Positions 38,647 to 49,674 of a stretch of 64,000 nucleotides of DNA are shown here, one piece after another. The stretch comes from an uncultured Verrucomicrobiae bacterium. GTDB lineage: Bacteria; Verrucomicrobiota; Verrucomicrobiia; Chthoniobacterales; Chthoniobacteraceae. The notes below the pieces were generated by a model. It was not told the origin of the DNA. It did no database searches and saw only the letters and a list, made by a program, of their open reading frames with translations. How positions within the stretch are numbered: the stretch's first letter is position 1; every line of letters starts with the position of its first letter. Where the stretch lies: contig CAWIKF010000002.1 in NCBI GenBank assembly GCA_963836755.1, positions 2,048,001 through 2,112,000 of the forward strand, given 5' to 3'. The position numbers and the translations under genes are program-made.

Positions 38647-40679
38647 CAATCGATCCTGATTTCGAAAAACAGATCGACGAGGTCATCTCGCATTATCCGG
38701 TGTCGAAGCGGAGCGCGTCGCTGCCGCTGCTTCATTTTTTCAACGAAAAGTTCGGCTTCGTTTCGGATGACGCGGTCACGTGGATCGCCGCGAAGCTAGA
38801 CCTGGAGCCGATCAACGTCCTTGAGCTCGTCACATTTTACCCGATGTTTCGTCGCGCACCCGCCGGCGCAAAACACATTCGCGTCTGCCGCACGCTCTCG
38901 TGCGCAATGGCAGGCGGCTACGAGCTTCGCGCGAAACTCGAGCGAGCTTGCGGCATCGAGATGCCCGCCGCAAATCAGCACGGCGCGAGCGATCAAGAGC
39001 ATTCAAACTCGATCGAGAAAGTTGCGCACACTGATGTGCACAACCCCGGACACGGCAATCCAATAACCGTTTCGCCCGATGGAAAATTTTCCATCGAATT
39101 TGTCGAATGCCTTGCGAGCTGCGGCAGCGCGCCGGTCGCGATGGTGAACGACGATTTGCACGAAAACGTGAAGCTCGATCGCATCCCTGAGTTCCTCGCG
39201 AGCAGCGAATCGGACGCGACGAAGCCGAAACTTCGTGCGCCGCATCCGCGCGAGCGTCGGATCGTTTTCGCAAACGTTGATCGCGAAGGCTGGCGCACCG
39301 ACATCGACACTTATTTAAACAACGGCGGTTACAACGAATTGAGGAAAGCGTTGACGATGCCGCCGCAGGAAATCGTCGAGGAGGTGAAAATATCCGGCTT
39401 GCGCGGACGCGGCGGCGCCGGCTTTCCGTGCGGCGTGAAGTGGAGTTTCATCAAGCCCGGCGGACCAAAACCGACGTATCTCATTTGCAACGCCGACGAG
39501 TCCGAGCCCGGCACATTCAAGGATCGATACATCATTCATCAGGACCCGCATCAGCTGCTCGAAGGGATGATCATCGCCTGCTTCGCGGTCAATGCGAAGC
39601 TTGCCTACATCTACATCCGCGGGGAATTTCCCGAGGGCGCGCAGATTTTGGAGAAGGCGCTAGTCGAGGCGCGCGCGAAAAATTTTCTTGGCAAAAACAT
39701 TCTCGGCAGCGGCTTCGACTGCGAGATTTACGTGCACCGCGGCGCGGGCGCTTACATCTGCGGCGAGGAAACAGGATTGATCGAATCGCTCGAAGGTAAG
39801 CGCGCTTATCCGCGCATCAAGCCGCCCTATTTTCCGGCGGTGCTCGGCCTTTATCAATGTCCCACAATCGTCAACAACGTGGAGACGTTGTGTGATGTTA
39901 AACACATCGTCAAAATGGGGGGTGCCGAATACGCGAAGATCGGCAAACCGAACAATACCGGCACGCGCATTTTGTGCGTCAGCGGGGACGTTCAGCGGCC
40001 GGGTTATTTTGAATTGGAAGTCGGCGCGGTGACGATGGGCGAGCTGATCAACGACCTTTGCGGCGGCTTGAAACCTGGTCGCAAACTCAAGGCGATCATC
40101 CCTGGAGGCTCATCAGCAAAAGTTTTGCGGGCTGGTGAGAAATTTAAACTGAAAGAAAAACAAGCGGACGGTTCGATGGCTGAGCGCGAAATTTCGCTCG
40201 AGGAAATCCCGATGGATTTCGATTCGCTCGCGGCTTGCGGGTCGATGGCCGGTTCCGGCGGTGTGATTGTTCTGGACGATTCGCGCGACATGGTCGCGAC
40301 GCTCAACAACATCAACGAATTTTACGCGCACGAGTCATGCGGCCAATGCACGCCGTGTCGCGAAGGCTCGCTTTGGATGAAAAAAATCACCGACCGAATG
40401 CTCGCCGGCGGCGGCGTCGATCGCGATACGGCGGTTTTAAAAACCGTCGCTGACAATATCGCCGGCCGCACGATCTGTGCTTTTGGCGAGGCGTGTTCGT
40501 GGCCGACGCAGAGCTTTGTCGCGAAATTCCGGGAAGAGTTTGACGCGCGAGCGCAAAAGCCTGTGCCGCCGCCGATGCCGCCGGAATACAATCCGGAACA
40601 ACTGGAGAGCATGGTGAAAATCGAAGCCATTCCTGGCGCGCGCGATCAGGGCATGATGGCACCCGCGGCGACTGAATGA
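38643..40679 (+). CDS. nuoEF: Fused NADH-quinone oxidoreductase subunits E and F
   Basis: NuoE CRTLSC...CLASC followed in frame by Nuo[28 protein letters not shown] and [12 protein letters not shown]. Confidence 0.93.
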   Translation: MTIDPDFEKQIDEVISHYPVSKRSASLPLLHFFNEKFGFVSDDAVTWIAAKLDLEPINVLELVTFYPMFRRAPAGAKHIRVCRTLSCAMAGGYELRAKLERACGIEMPAANQHGASDQEHSNSIEKVAHTDVHNPGHGNPITVSPDGKFSIEFVECLASCGSAPVAMVNDDLHENVKLDRIPEFLASSESDATKPKLRAPHPRERRIVFANVDREGWRTDIDTYLNNGGYNELRKALTMPPQEIVEEVKISGLRGRGGAGFPCGVKWSFIKPGGPKPTYLICNADESEPGTFKDRYIIHQDPHQLLEGMIIACFAVNAKLAYIYIRGEFPEGAQILEKALVEARAKNFLGKNILGSGFDCEIYVHRGAGAYICGEETGLIESLEGKRAYPRIKPPYFPAVLGLYQCPTIVNNVETLCDVKHIVKMGGAEYAKIGKPNNTGTRILCVSGDVQRPGYFELEVGAVTMGELINDLCGGLKPGRKLKAIIPGGSSAKVLRAGEKFKLKEKQADGSMAEREISLEEIPMDFDSLAACGSMAGSGGVIVLDDSRDMVATLNNINEFYAHESCGQCTPCREGSLWMKKITDRMLAGGGVDRDTAVLKTVADNIAGRTICAFGEACSWPTQSFVAKFREEFDARAQKPVPPPMPPEYNPEQLESMVKIEAIPGARDQGMMAPAATE

Positions 40680-40686
40680 TTTTTCC

Positions 40687-42396
40687 ATGAGCACCGAAAT
40701 CGCCGCTCCACCTTCAATGCTGAACGTCCAGATCGACGGCGTCTGGATGCAGTTCCCGAAAGGCACGCGCATGATCGAGGCGTGCGCGCAGGCGGGCAAA
40801 TTCATCCCCCGTTATTGCTATCACCCGAAACTTTCGTCGCCGGGAAATTGCCGGATGTGCTTGATCGAAATGGGCATGCCAAAAATGGGGCCGGACCGCA
40901 AACCGATCATCGGCGCGGACGGCAAAGCGGAAATCGGCTGGATTCCGCGGCCGCAAATTTCCTGCGCGCAGGACATCGCGGAAGGCATGGGGATTCGCAC
41001 GAATTCGCCGCTGGTGCAGGATTGCCGGCAGGGCGTGATGGAGTTTTTGCTCATCAATCATCCGCTCGATTGCCCGATTTGCGACCAGGCTGGCGAATGC
41101 CGTTTGCAGGAATTTTCCGTGGAATACGGCCACGGCAGATCCCGCTTCCTCGAGAACAAAGTCAAGAAGCCGAAAAATGTCGAGCTTGGCCCGCGCGTCA
41201 CGCTCGATGCCGAGCGTTGCGTGCTTTGCTCGCGCTGCATCCGTTTTATGAAAGAGGTCGCGCACGACGATGTGCTCGGCTTTGTCGATCGCGGAAGTTT
41301 TTCGACGATCGCTTGTCATCCCGACAAAAAACTTGAGAGCAACTATTCGTTAAACACCGTTGATATATGCCCCGTCGGCGCGCTGACTTCGAGCGACTTT
41401 CGTTTCAAGATGCGCGTCTGGTTTTTGCAGGAAACCAAAAGCTTCTGCACAAGCTGCGCGACGGGCTGCAACACCGTCATCGGTGCGCGGCAAAATGTGA
41501 TTTATCGCCAGACGCCGCGCGAAAACAATGACGTCAACTCAGTCTGGATGTGCGACTACGGCCGGCTGAATTTCCATTATTTGCAAAGTCCGGAACGCCT
41601 GACGTTGCCGACGGTGCGCGATGCTGACGGCCACGCGATTACATCATGGGAGGTCGCGATCTCGCGCGCGGCGACGGCGCTGAAAAAGTTCGCCGGCTTC
41701 GAAATCGGAATCATCGCATCAGGAAAGATGACAAACGAGGAGCTGTTCCTGACGAAGCGGCTCGCGAGCGCTTTAAACACGCGTTTGTTCGACATCGTGC
41801 CGCACAAGGGAGAAGGCGACGACATCCTGCTCAGCCCGGATCGCAATCCCAACACAGCGGGCGCGAAATTGCTCGGCATCACCGGCGAGCAACCTGGCGC
41901 GCGGCTGCCGGAAATTTCCATCGGCTTGAAAACGAGCCTCGTCAAAGCTCTGCTCGTTTTCGGCGAAGACGCGACGGCGGTCCTTGGAAACGAAATTGCC
42001 AATGCGCGGCTGATCGTCGCGATGAACATTCTTCCGAACGCAACGACGAAGCTCGCACACGTCGTTTTGCCCAGCTCCGGATTTGCGGAAAAGCGCGGTT
42101 CGATGATCAACAAAACTGGACGGTTGCAGCGTCTGAACCGCGCGACCCAGCCGCCCGGCGAAGCGCGCGACGACTGGGAAATTCTGCGCGATTTGATCCA
42201 GGGCGTCTCGGGTTCCAACGGCATTTACATGATCGAGGACGTCTTCAAACAGATGGCAGCAGCGCAGCCGGAACTTGTGGGATTGAGCCTGAGCAAGGTC
42301 GGCGATCTCGGCGTGCAGGTTTTGAAAAAGCCCGCCGATCCTGCATCCACGCGGCTTGACGCCGATCAGCCCAACGCGAAAACACCGACGCCGTGA
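40687..42396 (+). CDS. nuoG: NADH-quinone oxidoreductase subunit G
   Basis: CYHP...GNCRMC, HPLDCPICDQAGEC, CVLCSRC and CTSCATGC (N7) motifs. Confidence 0.95.
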   Translation: MSTEIAAPPSMLNVQIDGVWMQFPKGTRMIEACAQAGKFIPRYCYHPKLSSPGNCRMCLIEMGMPKMGPDRKPIIGADGKAEIGWIPRPQISCAQDIAEGMGIRTNSPLVQDCRQGVMEFLLINHPLDCPICDQAGECRLQEFSVEYGHGRSRFLENKVKKPKNVELGPRVTLDAERCVLCSRCIRFMKEVAHDDVLGFVDRGSFSTIACHPDKKLESNYSLNTVDICPVGALTSSDFRFKMRVWFLQETKSFCTSCATGCNTVIGARQNVIYRQTPRENNDVNSVWMCDYGRLNFHYLQSPERLTLPTVRDADGHAITSWEVAISRAATALKKFAGFEIGIIASGKMTNEELFLTKRLASALNTRLFDIVPHKGEGDDILLSPDRNPNTAGAKLLGITGEQPGARLPEISIGLKTSLVKALLVFGEDATAVLGNEIANARLIVAMNILPNATTKLAHVVLPSSGFAEKRGSMINKTGRLQRLNRATQPPGEARDDWEILRDLIQGVSGSNGIYMIEDVFKQMAAAQPELVGLSLSKVGDLGVQVLKKPADPASTRLDADQPNAKTPTP

Positions 42397-43556
42397 TGGA
42401 CGCTTTTGCTTCTTTCGACTGGTTTTTGATCGCGACGTCGCTTGCGAAAACCATTTTTCTGATCTTCCTCGTCGTGCTGCCGATGGTCTCTTACACGGTT
42501 TACGCGGAGCGTCGCGTCAGCGCATTGATTCAGGATCGCCTCGGGCCTAATCGCACCGGCTTTCCGACGACTTTGCTCGGAATGAAAAACGATTTTTCGC
42601 CGTTTCTCGGCGGTCTCGGTCAGCCGATCGCCGATGCGGTGAAATTGTTGATCAAGGAAGATTTCACGCCGGCGCACGTGAACAAATTTTACTACTGGCT
42701 CGCCCCTGGTCTTGGCATCGGCGCGATTTTGATCACGCTCGCTGTGATTCCATTTGGCAGTTCGTTTCTGGGTGTGCCAATGGTGATTGCGAACGTCAAT
42801 GTCGGCCCGCTTTTCATCTTCGCGATTTCATCGTTGAGCGTTTACGGCATCGTGCTCGCGGGCTGGTCGTCGAATTCCAAATATTCCTTTCTCGGCGGCA
42901 TGCGATCGAGCTCGCAGATGATTTCCTACGAACTCGCGCTCGGCCTTTCGGTCGTGCCGTTGTTCCTCATTTTGGGCCGACTCAATCTCCCTGAAATCGT
43001 CCGTTATCAAGCGCAGCATGGCTGGATGCTGGTGCCGTTCACCGACGGGCATTTCACGTTGCGCAAATGCGTTCTCTGGATTCCGATTTTCGTCTCGTTC
43101 ATCATTTTCACGATCTCGATGTTTGCGGAAACCAACCGGCTGCCGTTCGATTTGCCCGAGGCGGAGCAGGAGCTCGTCGGCGGTTATCACACCGAGTATT
43201 CGTCCATGAAATTCGCGCTTTTTTTCCTCGGCGAATACACCGCGATGATCGCCGGCTCATCACTTGTAGTGACTTTGTTTTTCGGCGGCTGGCATCTGCC
43301 TTTTATCCCCGATGGAAGCGGCGCCGGCGGGCTCAGTGCGCTTCACGTCGTGCCCGCGTGGATTTGGGGATTGGTGAACATCGGCGTCTTCTTCGGCAAA
43401 GTCGGCGCGCTGCTGCTTTTTTTCATCTGGGTCCGCTGGACGCTGCCGCGGTTTCGCTACGATCAACTCATGCGGCTCGGCTGGATTTTCTTTTTTGAAA
43501 TCGCGCTGGTGAATGTTTTTTTAACTGCGGGCATCCTCGCATTTTTCCCAAACTGA
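42393..43556 (+). CDS. nuoH: NADH-quinone oxidoreductase subunit H
   Basis: QDRLGPNR, ADAVKL, ETNRLPFDLPEAE and PRFRYDQLM motifs. Confidence 0.97.
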   Translation: MMDAFASFDWFLIATSLAKTIFLIFLVVLPMVSYTVYAERRVSALIQDRLGPNRTGFPTTLLGMKNDFSPFLGGLGQPIADAVKLLIKEDFTPAHVNKFYYWLAPGLGIGAILITLAVIPFGSSFLGVPMVIANVNVGPLFIFAISSLSVYGIVLAGWSSNSKYSFLGGMRSSSQMISYELALGLSVVPLFLILGRLNLPEIVRYQAQHGWMLVPFTDGHFTLRKCVLWIPIFVSFIIFTISMFAETNRLPFDLPEAEQELVGGYHTEYSSMKFALFFLGEYTAMIAGSSLVVTLFFGGWHLPFIPDGSGAGGLSALHVVPAWIWGLVNIGVFFGKVGALLLFFIWVRWTLPRFRYDQLMRLGWIFFFEIALVNVFLTAGILAFFPN

Positions 43557-43557
43557 A

Positions 43558-44088
43558 ATGGCCTACACCGTCTCTCGCCCGAAACTCAGCTTCGCGGAAA
43601 AATGCTATCTGCCGCAGGTCATCGCCGGCCTCGCGATCACGTTTAAGCACTTCAAAAACATGATCCTCGGCCGGACAAAAGTCGTCATGCAATACCCCGA
43701 GGAAAAATGGGACGCGAACATGCCGTCGTATTATCGCGGCGCGCCGACGCTGGTGCGCGATGAAAAAGGCCGCGAGCGCTGTGTGGCGTGCCAGCTTTGC
43801 GAATTCATCTGCCCGCCGCGCGCCATCAAAATCACGCCCGGCGAAATTCCGGCGGAGAGTAAATGGGCGAAGGTTGAAAAATTTCCGCAGGAGTTTGATA
43901 TCGACATGATCCGCTGCATTTACTGCGGCCTTTGCGAAGAAGTTTGCCCCGAGCAGGCGATTTTTCTGCGCAAAGATTATTCGATCACCGGCTTGAGCCG
44001 CGCGGAAATGGTGCATGACAAGGCGAAGCTCTACGAGCTGGGCGGCGTGATGCACGGCGTCGTGAACAAGTGGAACAAGTTGAAATAA
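43558..44088 (+). CDS. nuoI: NADH-quinone oxidoreductase subunit I
   Basis: Two CxxCxxCxxxCP motifs. Confidence 0.96.
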   Translation: MAYTVSRPKLSFAEKCYLPQVIAGLAITFKHFKNMILGRTKVVMQYPEEKWDANMPSYYRGAPTLVRDEKGRERCVACQLCEFICPPRAIKITPGEIPAESKWAKVEKFPQEFDIDMIRCIYCGLCEEVCPEQAIFLRKDYSITGLSRAEMVHDKAKLYELGGVMHGVVNKWNKLK

Positions 44089-44094
44089 CTAGCC

Positions 44095-44595
44095 ATGTCG
44101 CCGGTGCTGTTTTGGTTTTTTTCAATCTTGATGCTCGGCTTCGGCCTCGCCGTGATTTTCAACCGCAACCCCGTCGCGAGCGCGCTCAGCCTCGTCGTTT
44201 CTTTTCTCGGTCTCGCGGCGCTTTACATCACGCTCAACGCCTATTTCATCGGAACGATTCAGGTGCTCGTTTACGCCGGCGCGGTGATGGTGCTCTTTCT
44301 TTTCATCATCATGCTGCTCGACTTGAAGGCCGAGGAGCGGCGCAAATTCAACGTCGTCGCAGTGACCGGCGGCGTCTTGGTCACGCTCACTTTTTTGGGT
44401 GAGCTGGTCGCGGTGTTGCACAAATTGCCGTTCGGCAACGAGCCGTTTCTTACGCTCACCGCGCCGCTCGATGACGTGCGAAACATCGGGTCGCTACTTT
44501 TTTCCGCATACAATTTGCCGTTCCAGGTCGTGGGCGTGCTGCTGCTCGTCACGAGCATCGGCGTGGTCGTGCTGAGCAAGAAAGAGCTGAAATGA
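44095..44595 (+). CDS. nuoJ: NADH-quinone oxidoreductase subunit J
   Basis: NPVASAL and [15 protein letters not shown] motifs. Confidence 0.95.
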   Translation: MSPVLFWFFSILMLGFGLAVIFNRNPVASALSLVVSFLGLAALYITLNAYFIGTIQVLVYAGAVMVLFLFIIMLLDLKAEERRKFNVVAVTGGVLVTLTFLGELVAVLHKLPFGNEPFLTLTAPLDDVRNIGSLLFSAYNLPFQVVGVLLLVTSIGVVVLSKKELK

Positions 44596-44912
44596 TCACG
44601 CTCAATGATTACCTGCTCGTCAGCGGAATGCTCTTCACCATTGGGTTTGCGGGCGTTTTGCTTCGCCGCAACATCCTCATCATTTTCATGTCGCTCGAGC
44701 TGATGCTCAACGCCGCGAACCTTTCTCTCGTCGCCTTCTCACGCTTCCGCCTCGGCGCGAATGGACTGCCGAATTACAACGGCCAGATGCTCGTATTTTT
44801 CATCATCACCGTCGCGGCTGCGGAGGTCGCCGTCGGCCTCGCAATCATCGTCGCGGTTTATCGCGCACGGCACACGACGCATGTTGAAGACATGAACAGC
44901 ATGAAGTTTTAA
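44592..44912 (+). CDS. nuoK: NADH-quinone oxidoreductase subunit K
   Basis: [12 protein letters not shown] and [10 protein letters not shown] motifs. Confidence 0.96.
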   Translation: MITLNDYLLVSGMLFTIGFAGVLLRRNILIIFMSLELMLNAANLSLVAFSRFRLGANGLPNYNGQMLVFFIITVAAAEVAVGLAIIVAVYRARHTTHVEDMNSMKF

Positions 44913-44915
44913 CCG

Positions 44916-46718
44916 ATGACGCTGCCCTGGATCATCCTGCTCGCGCCGCTCTTGAGCGCGATCGTCATCACGCTGTTTACGCAACGGTTGCGCAACCTAA
45001 GCGCCGGGATTTCGGTGTGCGCGGTGCTGATTTCGTTTCTTGGCGTCTGCGTTTTATTCTTCAAAGCCGAGCCGACTGCGCCGATGCAAGTGCCGTGGCT
45101 GAACTTCGGACGGGACTTTTTTGTTCCGATCGGCTTCACGATTGATCGCCTCAGCAAAGCGATGCTGTTTGTTGTCACCGGCGTCGGCGCGCTCGTTCAC
45201 ATTTATTCGCTCGGCTACATGGCGAAGGACGAAGGCAAGTCGCGCTACTTTGCCGGGCTTTCGCTCTTCATGTTTTCGATGCTCGGCATCGTCTTCGCCG
45301 ACAACTTCGTGATGATGTTTATTTTTTGGGAGCTGGTCGGCGTCAGCTCGTTTATTTTGATCGGCCATTGGTTCGACAGACCTGCGCCGCCAGCGGCCGC
45401 GAACAAAGCGTTCATCTCGAATCGCGTCGGTGATTTCGGATTTATGCTCGGCATTTTGATGGTCTGGCTGAGCACCGGCTCAGTCGTTTTTACCGACATT
45501 CACGCGAACCTCGGCCACCTCACGGCGAACCCGGCTTATCTCACGACCGCGGCGCTTCTGGTATTCTGCGGCGCGGTCGGCAAGTCCGCGCAATTCCCGC
45601 TGCACGTCTGGCTGCCCGATGCGATGGAAGGCCCGACGCCCGTTTCCGCGTTGATCCACGCGGCGACCATGGTTGCGGCCGGCGTCTACATGCTCGCGCG
45701 AATTTTTTTCCTCATTCAGGCATCGCTCGGCGCGCAGCACGTCATCGCATGGATCGGAATCATCACTGCCGTCATGGCTGCGCTCATCGCCACGCAGCAG
45801 AACGACATCAAGCGCATCCTCGCCTACTCCACCCTCTCGCAGCTCGGCTACATGATCATGGCAATCGGCGTCGCGTCGAGCACGGCGGCAATGTTTCACC
45901 TGTTTACACACGCGTTTTTCAAGGCGCTACTTTTCCTCGGCGCCGGCTCCGTCATCCATGCGCTGCACCACGAGCAGGATATCTGGAAAATGGGCGCGCT
46001 AAAAAATCGGATGCCGATCACTTTTTTCACGTTCGCGGCTGCGACGCTCGCGCTGACTGGCTGCCCCGGCTTCAGCGGATTTTTTAGCAAAGACGCCATC
46101 CTTCTCGCCGCGCACGACCGCAGCCACTTGATTTATGCGCTCGGCGTCATGACGGCATTTTTGACCGCGTTTTACATGTTCCGCCTTCTCGTCGTCGTCT
46201 TTTTCGGTCGGGCAAAATCTGACCGCGCCTCGCACGGCCACGAAGGTCCCGGCGTGATGACCGCGCCGCTCGTCCTGCTCGCGATTCCGTCGCTCATCGC
46301 AGGCTACGCGTTTTTCGCCGGCCGTTTTCTCCCACTGCCGCACGAAGGCGTCGCCAGCCTCGGGGCAATGCTCCTGCCAATCCTCGCATTCGTCGGCGGA
46401 GCGGGCTGCGCGCTGTTTCTGTATGCGAGCAAAACTGAAGACCCGATTCACATCCCGCTTTTCGCGAACAAATTTTACATCGATGAATTTTACGCATTCC
46501 TCATCCGCTGGACGCAGGATTTGCTCGCTACTTTCTGCGCTTGGTTTGACCGCTGGGTGCTCGATGGCGGCATCGTGCGCGGCCTGATCGGCGGCGGGAC
46601 ATGGGCCACCGGATTCACGCTCCGTTTCCTGCAAATCGGCAATCTGCAGGCCTACGGCTTCGTCTTCGGAATCGGCGCCGTAGCATTCATTTTCTACATT
46701 TTATTCGGCAAATCCTAA
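44916..46718 (+). CDS. nuoL: NADH-quinone oxidoreductase subunit L
   Basis: KSAQFPLHVWLPDAMEGPTPVSALIHAATMV and HAFFKALLF motifs. Confidence 0.97.
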   Translation: MTLPWIILLAPLLSAIVITLFTQRLRNLSAGISVCAVLISFLGVCVLFFKAEPTAPMQVPWLNFGRDFFVPIGFTIDRLSKAMLFVVTGVGALVHIYSLGYMAKDEGKSRYFAGLSLFMFSMLGIVFADNFVMMFIFWELVGVSSFILIGHWFDRPAPPAAANKAFISNRVGDFGFMLGILMVWLSTGSVVFTDIHANLGHLTANPAYLTTAALLVFCGAVGKSAQFPLHVWLPDAMEGPTPVSALIHAATMVAAGVYMLARIFFLIQASLGAQHVIAWIGIITAVMAALIATQQNDIKRILAYSTLSQLGYMIMAIGVASSTAAMFHLFTHAFFKALLFLGAGSVIHALHHEQDIWKMGALKNRMPITFFTFAAATLALTGCPGFSGFFSKDAILLAAHDRSHLIYALGVMTAFLTAFYMFRLLVVVFFGRAKSDRASHGHEGPGVMTAPLVLLAIPSLIAGYAFFAGRFLPLPHEGVASLGAMLLPILAFVGGAGCALFLYASKTEDPIHIPLFANKFYIDEFYAFLIRWTQDLLATFCAWFDRWVLDGGIVRGLIGGGTWATGFTLRFLQIGNLQAYGFVFGIGAVAFIFYILFGKS

Positions 46719-46720
46719 GC

Positions 46721-48190
46721 GTGCTTTTTCTACTAATCTTCATCCCGATTCTCGCCGCCGCCGCGATTCTGCTCGGCGCAAAGGCTCGTGCCACAGCGCT
46801 TCTCGCGGCCTGCGTGAATCTCGCGATCACTTTGCTCGCGACGATTCGATATCAGCAGGCGCAGGGCGGCTTTCAGCTCGAATCGAGCTTCACGATTCTG
46901 CCCGATTGGGACCTGAAATTTTTCGTTGGCGTCGATGGATTGAGCGTTCTGATGCTTTTGCTCACGGCGATCGTCACCGTCGCCGCGATCTGGGTGACGC
47001 CAGTCATCGAGAAGATGGAAAAGGAGTTTTACGCTTGCCTTTTGCTCATCGCCGCCGGAGCGACTGGCGCATTCGCGTCTCTCGACCTCTTTTTCTTTTA
47101 CGCGTTTCACGAGCTCGCGCTCATCCCGACCTTCCTGCTGATCGGCATTTGGGGCACGGGCGACCGGCGCACGGCCGCGTGGAAAATCACGATCTACCTC
47201 GCAGTCGGCAGTTTCATTTTACTACTCGGACTGATCGGGCTTTATCAAAGTTTACCGCTTGGCCAGCGGACGTTTGACATTCCAAGACTGCAGGCGCTGG
47301 CGCAGTCGGGCGCGTTTTCTCCCGCAAACGCGAACGTGATCTACCTGTTCTTGCTGATCGGTTTCGGAATTTTGATTTCACTTTTCCCGTTCCATTCATG
47401 GGCGCCGCAAGCTTACGCATCCGCGCCCGCGCCCGCCGCGATGCTCCATGCGGGCGTCCTGAAAAAGTTCGGGCTCTACGGTTTGCTTCGCGTCGCATTG
47501 CCGCTCCTGCCCGATGCCGCGCGGCACTGGACGAATCTTCTGCTCGTCCTGCTCATCGGAAACATTATTTACATCGGGCTCGCCACGATTGCGCAAAAGC
47601 GCCTCGACCAGATGCTCGGCTATTCGAGCGTGATGCACATGGGTTACATTTTTCTCGGCATCGCGGCGTTTAATTCGCTCGGGCTCAGCGGCGCGGCGCT
47701 GCTCATGTTCGCGCACGGCCTGTCGATCGCGGCGTTGTTTGCGATCACTGGCCAGCTTCGCCAGCGCACGGAGACGCTCACGTTCGCCGATCTCGGCGGC
47801 CTTGCAAAGCCAATGCCGGTGCTCGGATTTGCATTCGGCCTAGCCGCATTTGCCTCGATCGGATTGCCCGGCTTTGCAAATTTCGCGTCGGAAGTGCTGG
47901 TCTTTTTTGGCGCGTTTCGCCACGGCACCGCGGCGCCATTTTCGAAGATGCAACTCACCACGATGCTCGCGCTTTGGGGCGTCGTCATCTCCGCGGTTTA
48001 TATGCTGCGCGCCTATCGCGCCGTTTTTCTGGGAGAAATCAACCAGCGCTGGTCGGCGCTGCGCGATGTCGGCACGATGCGGTGGCCGATCATCTTGCTG
48101 CTCGCCACGCTCATCCTCGCCGGATTTTTTCCGCAGCTCTTTTTGAATTTCCTCACACCCGCCGTGAAAAGTTTTCTCGCCACCCGATGA
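46721..48190 (+). CDS. nuoM: NADH-quinone oxidoreductase subunit M
   Basis: FPFHSW, LKKFGLYG, YSSVMHMG and GLPGFANF motifs. Start set at GTG 46721. Confidence 0.95.
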   Translation: MLFLLIFIPILAAAAILLGAKARATALLAACVNLAITLLATIRYQQAQGGFQLESSFTILPDWDLKFFVGVDGLSVLMLLLTAIVTVAAIWVTPVIEKMEKEFYACLLLIAAGATGAFASLDLFFFYAFHELALIPTFLLIGIWGTGDRRTAAWKITIYLAVGSFILLLGLIGLYQSLPLGQRTFDIPRLQALAQSGAFSPANANVIYLFLLIGFGILISLFPFHSWAPQAYASAPAPAAMLHAGVLKKFGLYGLLRVALPLLPDAARHWTNLLLVLLIGNIIYIGLATIAQKRLDQMLGYSSVMHMGYIFLGIAAFNSLGLSGAALLMFAHGLSIAALFAITGQLRQRTETLTFADLGGLAKPMPVLGFAFGLAAFASIGLPGFANFASEVLVFFGAFRHGTAAPFSKMQLTTMLALWGVVISAVYMLRAYRAVFLGEINQRWSALRDVGTMRWPIILLLATLILAGFFPQLFLNFLTPAVKSFLATR

Positions 48191-49668
48191 TCGCTCCCGT
48201 TTTCCTCGAGATCGCCGTCCTCATCATCGGCGTCTTCATGCTGTTGTATGAAGCGTTCGCGTCGGACGAGAAAAAAAGTTTCGTCGCGTGGCTCGGCATT
48301 TCCGGGCTGACGCTCGTGCTCGTGCTCAGTTTTTTCAGCGGCGAAACCGTCGCTCACGCACCGTCGGGCGCCAGCTATCTCCGCTTTTATCGGACCGACG
48401 CGCTCGCGCTTTTTTTCAAGCGCTTCGCACTTTTGACTACGATCATCGTGCTCGTCATGTCGCTGGAATATCGCGACGTCGTGCGCCGATTTATCTTCGG
48501 CGTCAAAAACGAAGCGGGCGTCGGCGAGTTTTACGCGCTGCCCGTCTTCACTTGTGCCGGGCTGATGTGGATGGTGTCGGCCGTTGATTTCGTGCAAATT
48601 TTCGTCTCGCTCGAGCTTGTCACGATTTCCTTCTACATCCTCGTCAGCTACATGCGGCGCAGCCCCGGCTCGCTCGAGGCTGGCGTGAAATATCTGATCC
48701 TCGGCGCACTCTCCACCGGCTTTCTCGTCTATGGCATCACCTGGATTTTCGGCATCACGGGGGAGACCAATCTCGACCGGATCGCGTTGAAATTGCAGAC
48801 GCTGCACGCCTTCAACACTCCCCTGCTCTTCGGCGTGATGCTGATTCTCGCAGGGCTTGGGTTCAAAATTGCCGCCGCGCCTTTCCAAATCTGGGTGCCC
48901 GATGTCTATCAAGGCGCGCCAACTCCGATCACAGCTTTCCTATCCGTCGGGTCCAAAGCCGCCGGATTTGTCGTCCTTCTCCGCGTCCTCGAAACATTTC
49001 TCGCAGCACCTTTTCTGCGCGACAAAATTCTCGCCGTCGTTGCCGCGCTCGCGGCGTTGACGCTCATCTACGGAAACCTTGCTGCGCTTCCGCAAAATAA
49101 TCTCAAGCGTCTTCTCGCCTATTCCAGCATCGCGCACGCCGGCTACCTGCTCATCGCCGTCGCGAGCATCGGCGCGATCGGCTCAGGCGAAGCGGTCGCA
49201 TTCTATCTTGCGGGTTACTTGCTGATGACGCTGCTTTCGTTTCTGGTCATCACGGTCGTAGCCAATGCCGCCGGCGGCGACGACATTTCAGATTTTAACG
49301 GCCTCGGACGCCGCGCGCCCGGCCTCGCCTTCGCACTCCTCATTGCGATGTTGTCACTCGCCGGCGTTCCGCTCACCGCGGGCTTCTTCGGCAAATTTTT
49401 TGTCTTTTCCGTCGCGCTGCAACAGCATCATTACGCCCTCGTCGCGATCGGCATCGTCACGGTCGGCGCGGGATTTTATTACTACCTCAAAGTCGTGCGC
49501 GCGATGTATTGGCTCGAGCCGCGCGAGACAACGCGCATTCCCGCGGCAGGGCTGACGAAGTTCACCATCGGAGTTTTGACGGCATTGATTTTCCTTCTCG
49601 GAGTTTATCCGCAGCCCGTTCTGACAATGCTGCGCGAGCCGAGCGGCCCTGTCATTGCCGCGCGCTAA
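48187..49668 (+). CDS. nuoN: NADH-quinone oxidoreductase subunit N
   Basis: EAGVKY, FKIAAAPFQIWVPDVYQGAPT and KRLLAYSSIAHAGY motifs. Start set at ATG 48187. Confidence 0.96.
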   Translation: MIAPVFLEIAVLIIGVFMLLYEAFASDEKKSFVAWLGISGLTLVLVLSFFSGETVAHAPSGASYLRFYRTDALALFFKRFALLTTIIVLVMSLEYRDVVRRFIFGVKNEAGVGEFYALPVFTCAGLMWMVSAVDFVQIFVSLELVTISFYILVSYMRRSPGSLEAGVKYLILGALSTGFLVYGITWIFGITGETNLDRIALKLQTLHAFNTPLLFGVMLILAGLGFKIAAAPFQIWVPDVYQGAPTPITAFLSVGSKAAGFVVLLRVLETFLAAPFLRDKILAVVAALAALTLIYGNLAALPQNNLKRLLAYSSIAHAGYLLIAVASIGAIGSGEAVAFYLAGYLLMTLLSFLVITVVANAAGGDDISDFNGLGRRAPGLAFALLIAMLSLAGVPLTAGFFGKFFVFSVALQQHHYALVAIGIVTVGAGFYYYLKVVRAMYWLEPRETTRIPAAGLTKFTIGVLTALIFLLGVYPQPVLTMLREPSGPVIAAR

Positions 49669-49674
49669 TTTTAG

